Below are positions 1 to 12,476 of a DNA stretch of 64,000 nt, piece by piece. The notes beneath the pieces were generated by a model. That model did not search any database. It was not told where the DNA came from and saw nothing but the letters and a program-made list of their open reading frames with translations. This stretch comes from Podarcis vaucheri. Lineage: Eukaryota. A program made the position numbers and the translations under genes. The stretch lies in assembly GCA_965113315.1 (NCBI GenBank), contig OZ220372.1; one strand, 5' to 3'. Each line of letters opens with the position of its first letter. Position 1 is the stretch's first letter.

Positions 1-389
1 AGCGCAGCGTGTCTTCCCCACTGTCCTCGGACCTCCTCCGAAGGCTGGCGGTGGGTCAGAGTGACCTCCTCCCACCGCCAGGCTTTGGAAGGATGCTCCG
101 AAGCCTACAGCGGGAGGAGGGCTCTCCGCCCCACCGCCAGCCTTCGGAAGGCTCCTCCGAAGCCTGGCGGTGGGGCGGAGAGACCTTCTCCCCGCGCCAG
201 CCTTCGGATGGCTGTCCTGAAGACTTGTGGTGGGAGCAGTGGCGTAGCGTGGGGGGTGCAGGGGGGGCCTGCCGCACCTGGCGCAACATCTGGGGGGCGC
301 GGAAGAGACTCGAGTGCTAAAATCCACGGATTAGGGGGCGCAAATTACTTGCCTTGCCCCGGGTGCTGAGAACCCACGCTACGCCACTG
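1..389. mobile_element. GC-rich non-autonomous DNA transposon (hAT-like MITE), probably continuing beyond the window start
   Basis: 17-bp inverted repeats CAGTGGCGTAGCGTGGG (237) and CCCACGCTACGCCACTG (to 389); 1-236 holds short GC-rich repeats resembling those at 17940-18270. Confidence 0.6.
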
Positions 390-639
390 CCATAGGTGGT
401 ATTAAAATTCATAGTCTACAAGGTCTCCTGCTAAGAAATAGTGTCTTCAATGGCTGATAACAACAACTATTATTACTACTAGCAATAGTAGTAGTAGTTA
501 GCCAAAATGTATATTTAAATAGAAGTCAGGCTAGTGGTAAATCTGGATTGGACCTTGCAACTCTGCAGAACAAAGCAAAAATCCTATAGGCCATGCAAAG
601 CTCTTGGGACATTTTAGAGAAGTCTTTCTCATTCTGTTG

Positions 640-745
640 CCCTCCAGATGTTTTGGACTACAATTCCCATCTCCCCTCAGCATTGGCCACACTGGCTGGG
701 GCTGATGGGAGTTGTATTGCAGACCACCTGAAGGGAACCAGTTTG
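640..745. repeat. hairpin-type short interspersed repeat (ggactacaactcccatc...gatgggagttgtagtcc family); further copies ~13925-14020, 21200-21300, 25660-25760, 53625-53730, 58075-58150, 60915-61270
   Basis: recurring self-complementary motif at several places in the window. Confidence 0.65.
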
Positions 746-804
746 CAAAAGATGGTTGTAGAGCAGCATTAATATGTTAACTGACTGCAGTGTGGTTTTT
801 AAAA

Positions 805-1101
805 AAAGGTAAAGGACCCCTGACAGTTAAGTCCAGTCACAAACGACTCTGGGGTTGCGGCGCTCATCTCGCTTTATTGGCTGAGGGAGCCGGCGTACAG
901 CTTCCGGGTCATGTGGCAAGCATGACTATGCTGCTTCTGGTGAAACCAGAGCAGCACACAGAAATGCCGTTTACCTTCCTACCGGAGCGGTACCTATTTA
1001 TCTACTTGCACTTTGACATGCTTTCAAACTGCTAGGTTGGCAGGAGCTGGGACTGAGCAACGGGTGCTCACCCCGTCGCAGAGATTCGAACCGCTGACCT
1101 T
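805..1101 (-). mobile_element. Sauria SINE, 5'-truncated
   Basis: (ACCTTT) tail on the minus strand; body similar to the other Sauria SINE copies. Confidence 0.88.
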
Positions 1102-1790
1102 ATTAAAATGCTATAGACATGCAAATAGATCTATCCCATTTGTATTTGGCTCCTGAAGCACTTCCCAATCCGGTACAAATAACAAAACTGCAGCTCACAT
1201 TAAGAAGCCAAACATACTCACTCAGAGAGCAACAGTTCCTTCAGTGTGTAAGGTACAAATGTGACTCACTTGGTTTATTTTTAAACAAATTGAGTTGTAG
1301 AAAACCCCATGTGGATTGAGCCTTTCAACTCTCCTGTCAAAACAACTTAATGCTCAGTTACTGCAATGCATGAATACTCAGAAGTAAATGACAATCACTG
1401 TCTCAATAAACAGACCTTACCTGCCTTCTCCCTTCAACTCATCCTAGTTTTTCAAGTTGTGTGCAAGCTTTAATCTATCCTGCGATACTAATTTTCTGTT
1501 AAACAAAGCCATGAAAAATGGTGACTGTTCTGTAAATGTCAAGATGGGGTTGATAAGGACCTCATTCTCGGTACCACACGTTTAATTTGGAGGAGTGGAG
1601 TTCAGATGCAGCAGAAAGCAGTAAGAGGATTTAGTGAAGTAGTTAGCCAAGCAAATGTATGCCATGAAATCACATGTTCCATGATTTTCTTACACATCAA
1701 AGCTAGGGAAAATGCTAGGCTGATAAGGCTCTGTGGTATTGAAATGTGGCTTTATTCTCACCATTTAATGTTGATTTATTTATTATATAG

Positions 1791-1867
1791 TTTGGCCTTG
1801 GTGTTACCATCCTACAGCTTTTACTACATAAAAGCCAACATTAAGGAAGCATTAACTCAGGCAAAAT
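1791..1867 (+). CDS. CACNA2D1-like: alpha2delta exon: (S)LALVLPSYSFYYIKANIKEALTQAK
   Basis: tatag acceptor, gtaagt donor; matches alpha2delta-1 SLALVLPTYSFYYIKAK. Confidence 0.93.
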
Positions 1868-2806
1868 GTAAGTAGCCGTGACCTTTCTCCAGAATCTGAG
1901 TATTGCTGTGTAGTCTGTAGAATTGTTCTCTTGTCCTTTTTCTAACACAACATTTTTAAAGCCATGACGCTCTTGTGAAGTTCAGCAGTATTGCCATGAA
2001 TTCTGTGCCCCCAGCTCTGCAGCAATGATCCCAAGTCATTGTGTGAGCGTGCAAGGTACAAAAAGTATTCTACACAAGTAGAATATGTTCTGTTACTCAA
2101 ATTGCACTGGTCAACCTTTCTCTCTCATCTCCTTGCTTATGTTTCCTAGAGGAGCAATGCTTTGGATATCCTCTGTTGCTGTCTTTTTAGGGGTCTAATA
2201 GCTAATGTATTGAATAGTCCATCTCCAAGGTATGAGTTGTGCCTTTTGAAATCTAGCCTAGGTCGTGTGCATAGTGTGTCTTAGCTGGAACTCATTGTGA
2301 TTTAGATCAATCTCTGGATCAAGGTTAAATCAGGTTTCCTAAGTTTTGGATTGTAGCTGAATTGTTCTGAATGTCTGTGATATGAGTGGATATAACCTGG
2401 ATTGCGTCTAACGTGGATTCTTTTCTAGTAGTCTCAAATTGTTCCATCAGGTCCTAAGCTGTGTATGGCTTTCAAGCCGTGGAGGCTGGTCCATAAGAGT
2501 GAATGGGGCACTGCCTGACCAGCCTTGCTCTGTCCTAAGCCAGCCCCCACATGCCTGCTTCCCTGTTAGGGGGCAGCACTGCCTGCCAGCTGCCTCCTCC
2601 TTGGGCTAAGTGTTGCTTCTTGTAGCCACTGCTGCTATCAAAGTGTCAGTGAAATTCTCTCAACTCTGACATGTGCTGCATTCCCAGAGTTTAGGCTCAG
2701 GACAAAGCCTATCAGGTGTATTTTAAACTTACTGCAGTTTCCCTAGGATTCTTCAAAGGGAGCCCTATGTAGAACTCTTCTGTCATTTATCGGGGGTGGC
2801 CTAGGC

Positions 2807-3063
2807 CAGGGGTCAGCAAACTTTTTCATCAGGGGGCTAGTCCACTGTGCCTCAGACTTTGGGGGGAGCGGCGGACTATATTTTGGGGAGGGGAAATTAA
2901 TGAACGAATTCCTATGCCCCACAAATAACCCAGAGATGCATTTTAAATAAAAGCACACATTCTACTCATGTAAAAACACGTTGATTCCCAGACCATTCGC
3001 CAGCTGGATTTGGAAGACGATTGGGCCAGATCCGGCCCCTGGGCCTTAGTTTGCCTACCCATG
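2807..3063. mobile_element. hAT-family MITE
   Basis: CAGGGGTCAGCAAACT...AGTTTGCCTACCCATG termini; exact 8-bp TSD GCCTAGGC; second copy at 42549-42800. Confidence 0.9.
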
Positions 3064-4484
3064 GCCTAGGCAGCCCCTCCTGCTTAGAACTGCCCTGCAA
3101 ATTTCCCCTAACCTGGGAATCCTACTTTAGCTGCTATGCTAGCTTGTTTCAAATTTATAATGTGCTCTTTCTTCCCAAAGAGAACCCAGTGCAACTCACA
3201 ATAACAAAATCACATTGAAACAATTTAAAGCAATGCTATAACACATTGCAGGCAACAGTTAAAACCAGTTATGTAAAAATTTCATAAAACTACCAGCCCA
3301 AAGCTTGGATGAAATAAGATGCACTTAGGACAAGCCTACACAATATGTGACCTTGTGTCCCATGCAGGCGAGAAAACCAGGCTGTTTTAGCTTCCTTAAG
3401 GTTGTAGTACATGACTGGTGACTGTGTTTGGCTTGGCAGGTCACACATTGTCCTCACCTACTTTAGGACTTTGGGTCTGACTTTTACTTAGCAGCCATTT
3501 ATCTCCCTCCATTGTAGTCTTTTGAATGTCCCATGTAGTAAGTATTTCTGCATTCCTATTCACATAGGAAAACAGCAGCAATATGCCCCAGGTAGCTGCT
3601 CCATATAATGTAAGAATAAACCATGTGTTGCTGCCAGCTCAAAGCTAGTTTTAAAGCTGTTTCATAGATATGTGATAAGTATATCCTTTTTGCGAGACAT
3701 CATATTGCATGATTCACTTCTGAACTTGGGAGCAGTCTGTAAAATCTTGAGTGCAAGATCAATAATTCTGGGCGAAATTTCTTAGGAGCCCCCTGAGTCA
3801 ATATTTCCATTACACAGATCCTTGAAATAGCTGTATTATATAGAAGGTGCATGAAAGAAAGTGTTGAAAAAAGACATGGGTTGAAGTCTTCAGAGATGTT
3901 TGTCTTTTCTCCAGAGTACAGCTGTAGAGAAAATGAACCTTTGATCTCTCTTTACGCCACAATATTTTTATTCAAGGGGCTGGTTGAATAAAATATTGGT
4001 TTGTGACCCCTTTTGCTTTACCCTGTTTTTTCTGTTTCCCTGCCTTCTCCTTCTGATGGATTATCACAGTCCCAAAGGGCAAGTATATTCTTGTTGCTCA
4101 ATTTCCCCTCTGTTTACTGTTGCTCATATTGTCTGCTTCTATTTCCATTCCTCCTCAATGTTCTCCTTTGTATCCTAAATCTTGGAGCTTCTCCCATGCC
4201 AGTTGAGTATTAGAAAGACAGAGAAGGAAAAATGATGTATTTTCCACAATATGCTTTTCTATTTATGTTGCTCTTTCATGCTTGTTTATTTGACTCTGTC
4301 ACCTCCCAGTTCATAGAGAGCTAAGTAACATATCTTAACCTTGGTACAGTTTACATCTTGTTTTCATCTTGGCATTCTAACTTCTTGAACTTCAGCTACC
4401 ATGTTGTCAGGCAAAGCAAGTGAATAATGTGCCAGCTTTAACTTGCATCAATTATTATAGTGTTCTATTTCTGCATTTGGAAAT

Positions 4485-4672
4485 GGACAGTAAGAGCCGT
4501 TCAGCAGTGGAACAGACTCCCACGAGAGGCAGTGAACTCTCCTTCCTTGGAGGTTTCTAAGCAGAGGTTGGGCACCCATCTGTCATGGATGTTTTAGCTG
4601 AGATTCCTGCACTGCAGGGGGTTGGACTAGATGACCCTTGGAGTCCCTTCCAACTCTAAAATTCTATGATTT
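4485..4672 (+). mobile_element. CR1 LINE 3' fragment
   Basis: cagtggaacagactccc...ggttggactagatgacc...ttccaactc...attctatgatt tail. Confidence 0.85.
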
Positions 4673-5149
4673 CATGTTGCTGTTTTATGATAAGTGAAAA
4701 GGCAGGTAGTGGGGTAATTTTGATTAGCCAGGGGAAACATTATTGACATCTAGATCCTAACCATCTGATGTCTGCAAGGGTTGCCCTAATACTTTAATGT
4801 TTTGTAACCGTTGGCCAGTGTTTTTCTTCATGCATCCCATTACATATTTGGGATGTAGCTATATCTCAACTGAGATTGATTAGGTCGAGCACAAGCATCA
4901 GCGTGCATCCCCAACTAGGCTCCTCCCCTCTTTGGAGACTCATCACACACCAGATTTGGTGCTTTCATTGTGCTTACTTTAAACCAGTTTTTCATCATGC
5001 GCAAGATTAAACCACACTTTCACATTCTGGACATGAGAGATGAGTGAAGAGGGAGCATTTGGTAATAACTCCTTCCTGGCTTCATAAACTATGGTTTGTT
5101 TGGCCTCATCATTCTGCAACATTGTTTTCTCACCTTTTTTAAAGCAGTA

Positions 5150-5391
5150 CAGTGGTACCTCGGGTTACACACACTTCAGGTTACATGCACTTCAGGTTAC
5201 ACACTCCGCTAACCCAGAAATAGTGCTTCAGGTTAAGAACTTTGCTTCAGGATAAGAACAGAAATCGTGCTCCGGCGGTGCGGCGGCAGCAGGAGGCCCC
5301 ATTAGCTAAAGTGGTGCTTCAGGTTAAGAACAGTTTCAGGTTAAGAACGGACCTCCGGAATGAATTAAGTACTTAACCCGAGGTACCACTG
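5150..5391. mobile_element. Tc1/mariner-type MITE
   Basis: TIR CAGTGGTACCTCGGGTTA / TAACCCGAGGTACCACTG flanked by TA; inverted copy at 50816-51049. Confidence 0.9.
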
Positions 5392-8300
5392 TATTTAAAA
5401 AGTCAGAATCTTTTGAAATTCGTTAATGTTACCATGATGTACTCCCTAACTCTAGAGCCATGATTCCAAGTCATTGTGTGAGCTTGCAAGGTACAAAAAG
5501 TACTGTGCACAAGTAGAATATATTCTGTTACTCTAGTTGCACTGGTATAACTTTTCCCCGTCATCTCCTTGCTTACGTTACCTAGAGAAATAGTGCTCTG
5601 GGTATCCTCTATTGCTGTCTTTTTAAGGAAGCAATAGCTTATGTTTTGAATAGCCCACCTGCAAGGTAGGAGTTGTGTATTCTGGAATTTAGCAAAGATT
5701 CTATGCAACACATGATGTAGTAGTTCAACTTGTTTAGGTTTGTGTTGTAGTTTAATTGTTCTGAATGCTTCATGTGGTGTGTGATATGAGCGGACGTAAT
5801 TTGGATTATGCCCTTTTTGGATTTTGTTCAAGTTGTCTTCAAAGTGAGAAGCAAAAAATGAGAAAAGGAAAGAATGTACCGGCATAAGAATAAAAAATGG
5901 AAAGGGGAAAAAAAACTTTAAGGGACACCAAACTATAATTTATTCAGCCTGGACTGAATAAATATGAATAAATCATATTTGTGTTTGCCTTGAGGAATGA
6001 GAGGGAAAAACAGGGAATCATAACTATATCTTCAACTATTACATTTGAGTCTGTACTGATAGCAACCCAACACTACAGAGATCTGCCTGATCTCTTTTGG
6101 GAAAGGAATTCTATACAGTATGTCAAATTTCGGGCCCATACTTACAGGCAAGCCTAGAAAATTTGTAATTATTGTGGTCTGGTGCAGGGAGGAAAAACAG
6201 GTAGTTTTAACCTCCTGAGGGCTGTAGAATGTGAGGGATGACTGTGTTTCGCTTGGAAGGCCGACTTTAGGACTTTGGGTCTGACTTTTACTTAGCAGTC
6301 ATCTGTCTTGCTGATAACTTCCTACATTGCAATCTTTTGTATGTCTCTTGTAGTAAGTACTGTGTGCATTCCTATTAATATTGGGAGGAAAATGTTCCAG
6401 GGAGCAGCAAAATACACCAGATAGCTGTTCCATATTATGTATGAATTAACTGTGTGTTGCTGTCAGAACTGTTTTATACATATGTGGTGGATTATTTATT
6501 TTTGTTTTTGGTGGCCCAGCATATTGCATAATTTATTTCTGGACTTCCTGAACTTGGAAGCAGTCTGTAAAATTCTTGAGTGCAAGATCAATAATTCTGG
6601 GCGAAATTTCTTAGGAGCCCCCTGAGTCAATATTTCCATTACACAGATCCTTGAAATAGCTGCATTATATAGAAGGTACATGAAAGAAAGTGTTAACAAG
6701 ACATGGGTTGAAGTCTTCAGAGATGTTTGTCTTTTCTCCAGAGTACAGCTGTAGAGAAAATGAACCTTTGATCTCTCTTTACGCCACAATATTTTTATTC
6801 AAGGGGCTGGTTGAATAAAATATTGGTTTGTGACCCCTTTTGCTTTACCCTGTTTTTTCTGTTTCCCTGCCTTCTCCTTCTGATGGATTATCACAGTCCC
6901 AAAGGGCAAGTATATTCTTGTTGCTCAATTTCCCCTCTGTTTACTGTTGCTCATATTGTCTGCTTCTATTTCCATTCTTCTTGAATGTTCTCCTTTGTAT
7001 CCTTGATCTCGGGCCAAAAAGTAGGCAAGTCTACCTGAGAGTAAGTACTATAAGCGGGGCACCACCACCCAGAAAGCTCTTTCCTCCGTTGTCACCCAGG
7101 GAGAGCATCCAAAATCTGAATCTCCAAAGATGACAAGGTGTACAGAAAACGTAATGTAGGAACAGGTGTTCATTCAGGTCTCAGTCTATGTGGATGCTAG
7201 TCAACTTGAGTTAATGCACCACTCTCTGCCCCCCCAGCCTCACCTGTCCTGAAGCAGCACCCAATTGCTTGCTTTACATCCAGCCCAGGGGGCGGCTCGC
7301 CTTGTCAGCTGCCTGCTTCATAGTCTCAGTGTTGCCCCTTAGCAAGGAGGAAGATGAGGAGGGAACTAGAATTAGTTGGCTCTGCCCGCTATGGGCTTGG
7401 ACTTGGCCCGCTGTTGGTCTTCCTGCCTTTTTCTCTACCAGTCCCAATGGGCACCAGCTGCAGAAGCTCTATGCATTCCATTGTGTGCTACATTCCCACT
7501 GTTTGGTCTCAGTTTGTAGCCTATTAGGTGTACTTTGAACTTACTGCAGTTCCCTCAACTTATTCACAGGAAGGCTAAGCAGCAGCTCTTGCTTGCCTCT
7601 TCACTGCTGCTGCTTCCCTACAAATTTCTACTTGGTTGAGAATCCTATTCTAGCTATGTTTGTTTGTCTCAAGCTTATAGCCCATCCTTTCTTCCCAAAG
7701 GGAGCTCAGGGCAGTTTAAAATAACAAAAGTATGTAGAAAGGATTTAAAAGCAAACATGTTAGAACTTCATAAAACCATTGGACGAAAGCTTAGATAAAA
7801 TAAGGAAGTTTTTCCCTATTTCCAGAACACAGGTGGGGCAAGCCTATACAATTTGTGACCTGGTGGTCTCACACAGGCAGGTTGAACCTACGTCAGCTTG
7901 TAGTATGTGAGTGATGGAAGTGTTTGGCTTGGCAGGTCACACATTGTAGAGGTCTGCTTTGGGACTTAAGAGTCTATCTAACCTTCTATTAGCAGTCTTC
8001 CGTCTTGCTGCATTGACATCTTTTGTGCGTCCCTTGTAGTATTGTGTGCGTTCTCCACGTCTTATGCTAGTCACATAGGAAAGCTGCTCCAGGGAGCAGT
8101 GAAATGCCCCCAATAGCTGCTCTACATAATGTATGATTGACCCTTTGTTGTTGCCAGCTCAAAACTAGATTTCAAGCTGTTTTGTAGTTATGTGATGGAT
8201 ATATGTTGACAAAAGACATGTGTTCAAGTCTTCAGAGATGTTTGTCTTTTCTCCAGTGTACAGCTGTAGAGAAAATGAACCTTTGATCTCGTTTCATGCC

Positions 8301-9244
8301 GCAATATTTTTATTCAAGGGACTGGTTGAATAAAATATTGATTTGTGACCCCTTTTGCTTTACCTTGTTTCTTATGTTTCCTTGCCTCTTTCTGATGGAT
8401 TATAACAGTCCAAAATGGCAAGTATATTCTTGTTGCTCAATTTCCCTCTATTTACTGTTGCTTATACATGTTGTCTGCTTCTATTTTCATTCCTCCTGGA
8501 TGTTCTCCTTTGTGTCCTTCATCTTGGGGCTTCTCCCATGACAATTTGGTATTCTAAAAATAGAGAAGGGAAAATGATGTATTTTTTCCTCACATACTTT
8601 TGAATTGTTTCTCTTTCCTCCTTGCTTCTTTGACCCTGTCACCTCTCAGTTTATTAAGAAACTCAGATTAACACTTCACCCCAAATTTGTGTTTTCAAGA
8701 ACTCTGAAATGAATTTATGCTAAGTAAAATATTTTACCTGTGGCACATTTTACAAGCCCTTTTGGTTTGCATCTTGACATCCCCATGGCTTCAGCTTTAA
8801 TTGCCATATGGTCATGCTTAGCAGGTCAGTACTATGCCAGATTTACCTTGCACCAATTGTTGCAGTATTTCAGGCTGTGTTGCTGCTATTTCATGATAAA
8901 TACATGAATCTCTCTTTTAATGTGAAAATGTAGATGGTGGGGTAATATTTATTGGCTTTGCTGCTTCCATAGTGCTTACTTTAAACCAGTTTTCCAGATC
9001 TGCACATCCGAATTAAACCACAATTTCACATTTTGGACATGTAAGAAGAAACACAGGGTGAGGCAGAACAGGAGTATGTGGTCACAATGCTCTTCCCCAG
9101 CTTAATAACTTTAGCCTGTTAAGCTGGAGTCATTGTCTGAATGGGTCCTAGGAACCGAGTGCTTTAAAAATGTTGAAATCCACTGCATTTACATACTTAG
9201 TTTTGCTTATAAAAGATTCTGACACTGCATTTTCATCTTTATAG

Positions 9245-9305
9245 TTACGGAAACTCTGAAGCTAGATCGCTTTGATGAATTCGGCTACACCTTTTTAGCA
9301 CCAAG
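9245..9305 (+). CDS. CACNA2D1-like: alpha2delta exon: FTETLKLDRFDEFGYTFLAPR
   Basis: atag acceptor, gttggt donor; homologous to [20 protein letters not shown]. Confidence 0.93.
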
Positions 9306-10004
9306 GTTGGTCATTTTCCTGTTCTGTATACCCAAATGATACATAACAAGTCTCGACTAACAAATGGCGATGATAATAATAATGTTATTATAATAATTTA
9401 TTTCTTTTACCCAACCCATCTGACTGGATTGCCCCAACCACTCTGGGTGGTTTCCAACAAAAATACTACAACAACAACAATAACAACATATATATATATA
9501 ATAAAATTAATTGGATCTAGACCAAGTTAGTTGAACTTCAGTTCCATTGATTTCAAAAAGAACTAAATCATGCCTAACTTGTTCTGTTGATTTCTGTTAG
9601 ACTTTTGTCCCAACTAATTTAGCGAAGATTCAGCCCACTTTAAGATGAGATCATCCATATACTAATAGTATATAGTCTGAAGTCTCCCAATGTTCACACG
9701 TACATAGCCAAAACGACACCACCGACCCTCAAGAGGGTGGCAATATCAGACGCACAGTAACCCCAACGTTTGCAGAAATACAAACAATATTCAGGGGGAA
9801 AGCAAAGGAAATGTTGGATTCCCCTGAAAAGCAGCCCAATGAGGACTGTGTGTCCACATAAAGTAAGAGACTTTTGAGAGGGGAAAAACTGCCTCGCAGG
9901 TGGGAGGGGTAAGGGAATGTTGTTGTTGGAAAAGGCGCATGGAGAAAACGATATGTAGATATAAAATGGTAGAAAGAACCACTCATTCTCCTGATTGTTT
10001 ATTA

Positions 10005-10240
10005 CATTTATATCCCACCTTTCCCCCAAGGGACTCAAGGTGGTGTATTTTGTTCATAGCCCCCTCCTCTCACCCCATTTCATCCCAACAACAATCCTGG
10101 AGATCAGTTAGGCTGAGAGTATAGTGACTGACCCAGGGTTACGCAGCTTAATAGCTTCAGCTGAGATAACTTAATAGCTTAGTCAAGATTTGAATTCCAG
10201 TTTCCCTGCTCCTAGTGTAGTACTCTAACCACCATACTAC
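10005..10240 (-). mobile_element. decayed MIR-like/tRNA-derived SINE
   Basis: caacaacaatcctg...gttaggctgagag...gatttgaattccag...ctctaaccaccatac core. Confidence 0.55.
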
Positions 10241-11334
10241 AAGTTCCATCTGCTGAAATTCCACCTTCTACACAGTTGTTAGAACAACAGCCTCTTAACC
10301 TAATGTTCAGCAGACATTGTATGCTGACTATGGATCACAGGGGCAGAATGGAATGGAGCACCTCACCCATGGCATCTCAGTTCTCTTGAGTGCTGCTGGT
10401 CCCTCTGTAGCCAAAACCTCACCACCTTTCCGCAGGAAAATATCTGGTGGCTTGGGAGCTCCCAGAATTTTCAGAGGTACAAAAAGATTCTGAAAAAGAG
10501 CCATCCGCACACACAGTCAAAGCACCCCAGTGAAGGCTGAGCGTGCAGGTAGAAGCTGTGAGTAGTTGCTATTGTTGAACAATTGGGAGTCAGAATTCTT
10601 GCTGAGTGTGGGCACAAAACCCTGTTTCTATGCACCTATGATTGTATGTGCATCCATTTATATAACCAAAAATAGCCTACCCAAATGCATTATGTGGCCC
10701 AAGATTGGTTACAGAAATGTATAACTTTGGTAAAATTTCATACTTAAATGTTCATATTAGAAGAAGTGTGCTTTAAAATGCTGAGGATCTTTTGTGAGGG
10801 TTTTAATGTTGTGTATTTTTGTGTTTTGTATTGTAAACCGCCCCACAGTCCTCACATCCTCAGGGCGGTATAGAAATTTAATAAAGAAATAAACATAAAT
10901 GAATTTTTAAAAATATATCACAAACCTACGCAGAAATATGACAAACTTTACTTATGTTTGGAAACTGAGAAATTGAAGTTGATGGATTCATCCATTCCTG
11001 TGTCAAGGCTGATCATTCAGAGTGAAAACGCTCTAATCTTGTGTTTCCTTGCTTATAGCATTTAACTTTCCATAATTTTATGCATAACATAATTTTGCCA
11101 TGGAATTTCTCTATGTTGTGAAAGTGATACACTGCAGACTGTAGGCAAGTACTTCTACATGATATGCTACTAAATGAAATGTTGCTACCAAATGTTAGGT
11201 AAATTAGCCAGGATAAAATGCAAACCCAAACCAGCTCAGCCAGAAATTTATGTATTTTTTTTTTGTTTATTTGCTTGCTTGCTTTACTTCATGGATTAAA
11301 AGCAATATTTTAAAAACCTGTTTTCCTTTTCTAG

Positions 11335-11432
11335 AGACTACTGTGGGCCTGTGAAAATAACTGACAACAACACAGCATTTCTTCTGAATTTCAGCGAATT
11401 TATAGATCGATACACCCCCCAAAATCCCTCAT
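11335..11432 (+). CDS. CACNA2D1-like: alpha2delta exon: [32 protein letters not shown]
   Basis: ttctag acceptor, gtaagc donor; homologous to [32 protein letters not shown]. Confidence 0.95.
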
Positions 11433-11824
11433 GTAAGCCTTACTTTTTCATTAAATGAAACTGCTTGCAGGAGATGACAATATAAGTGCAGCAACTGGTT
11501 CCAAAGAAGAAATGTTGATCTGATCATCCTGTTTCCCATAATTACGTATAGTACCAGATCTGTTTACTGGGTTTATGAATGCAAGATTGCAGAGTTTCAT
11601 CCAGTTCATAGGGTTCTTATGTGAAGATAAAAACTGTTCTGACCTTCTTACATGAAGGGCATTTCAAAACCTAATACTTTTTAAAACTTAGCTGGCCTTT
11701 TGATTTTAGAATTTGTCTGTCATTGAAACAGGAGCAACCGATGCCGAACCATACAGGTTTAAAATTGGAAATATTTGTTGAAATCTGACTTCATATTTAT
11801 TATGGGGTATGGTCATAGTATGGG

Positions 11825-12012
11825 GAAGGATCATAACTAAGCACTAGAGTCAGGCTGTGCTTTCAAAAGGTCTCTGTTTCAATCCTCCCCGCATCTCCAA
11901 GTGCAGCTGAAAATGACCCTTCCTTGCTAAAATCTTAGAGAGCCTCTTCAAGTCAGTGTAAGCAGAACTGAACTATATGGACCAATGGTCTGACTTGGCA
12001 GCTTCCTGTGAT
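11825..12012 (+). mobile_element. old tRNA-derived SINE; related copy at ~36820-37005
   Basis: shared 3' part (actgaactatatggaccaatggtctga vs actggaacaaatgggcccgtggtctga). Confidence 0.5.
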
Positions 12013-12045
12013 CTTAATTAACCTTTGGCTTGTTTCCTTTGATAG

Positions 12046-12127
12046 GCAATGATATGGTTATGAGAGCTTTGCTGGATGCAGGATTTACAAGTGAACTTGT
12101 TCAGAACTACTGGAGTAAGCAGGACCC
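12046..12127 (+). CDS. CACNA2D1-like: alpha2delta exon: [28 protein letters not shown]
   Basis: gatag acceptor, gtgagt donor; [17 protein letters not shown] motif. Confidence 0.95.
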
Positions 12128-12386
12128 GTGAGTGTTATTTTCCTCCCCGCTTCCAAACAATATGGCTATTTCTGGGGGTTTTAATGGTGTGTTAAAATAA
12201 TACTGGATCATTTCTGATAATTAGAGCACACAAGGAACACACACGGCATTAAGTATATGAAAATGCACACATTTGTGTTTTAGACTATCTTAGAAAAACT
12301 TGTGAATATTATGTACAAAGGGCTGGCAATCATTGCAAATTCAGTTCAATTCAAATATTTCTGTCTCTCTTTTCTTCCTCCCACAG

Positions 12387-12449
12387 TGAGGGAATTACAG
12401 CACGATTTGTAGCTACGGATGGAGGGATCACTAGAGTGTATCCCAAAAG
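12387..12449 (+). CDS. CACNA2D1-like: alpha2delta exon: EGITARFVATDGGITRVYPK
   Basis: ccacag acceptor, gtaagg donor; TDGGITRVYPK motif. Confidence 0.95.
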
Positions 12450-12476
12450 GTAAGGGTCTGTTTCTTTCTAAGAAAT

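Larger units (their letters stand above)
1950..9150 (-). pseudogene. triplicated intronic block with decayed C2H2 zinc-finger-like exon remnants, antisense to the host gene
   Basis: Homologous segments at ~1950-5100, ~5400-7005 and ~7480-9150. Minus-strand frames GEKLYQCN*SNRIYSTCAQYFLYLASSH (~5476-5560) and QLYSGEKTNISEDF (~3885-3924) fit C2H2 finger/linker spacing. Pyrimidine tract plus AG acceptors at ~5837 and ~8555. Many stops and frameshifts. Confidence 0.45.

Noticed and set aside
5403-5885. 160-aa minus-strand ORF as a functional gene (briefly resembled a helical cytokine)
   Set aside because: The homologous copy at ~1960-2430 has stops in this frame, the start lies in a pyrimidine tract, and the zinc-finger-like signal is in a different frame.
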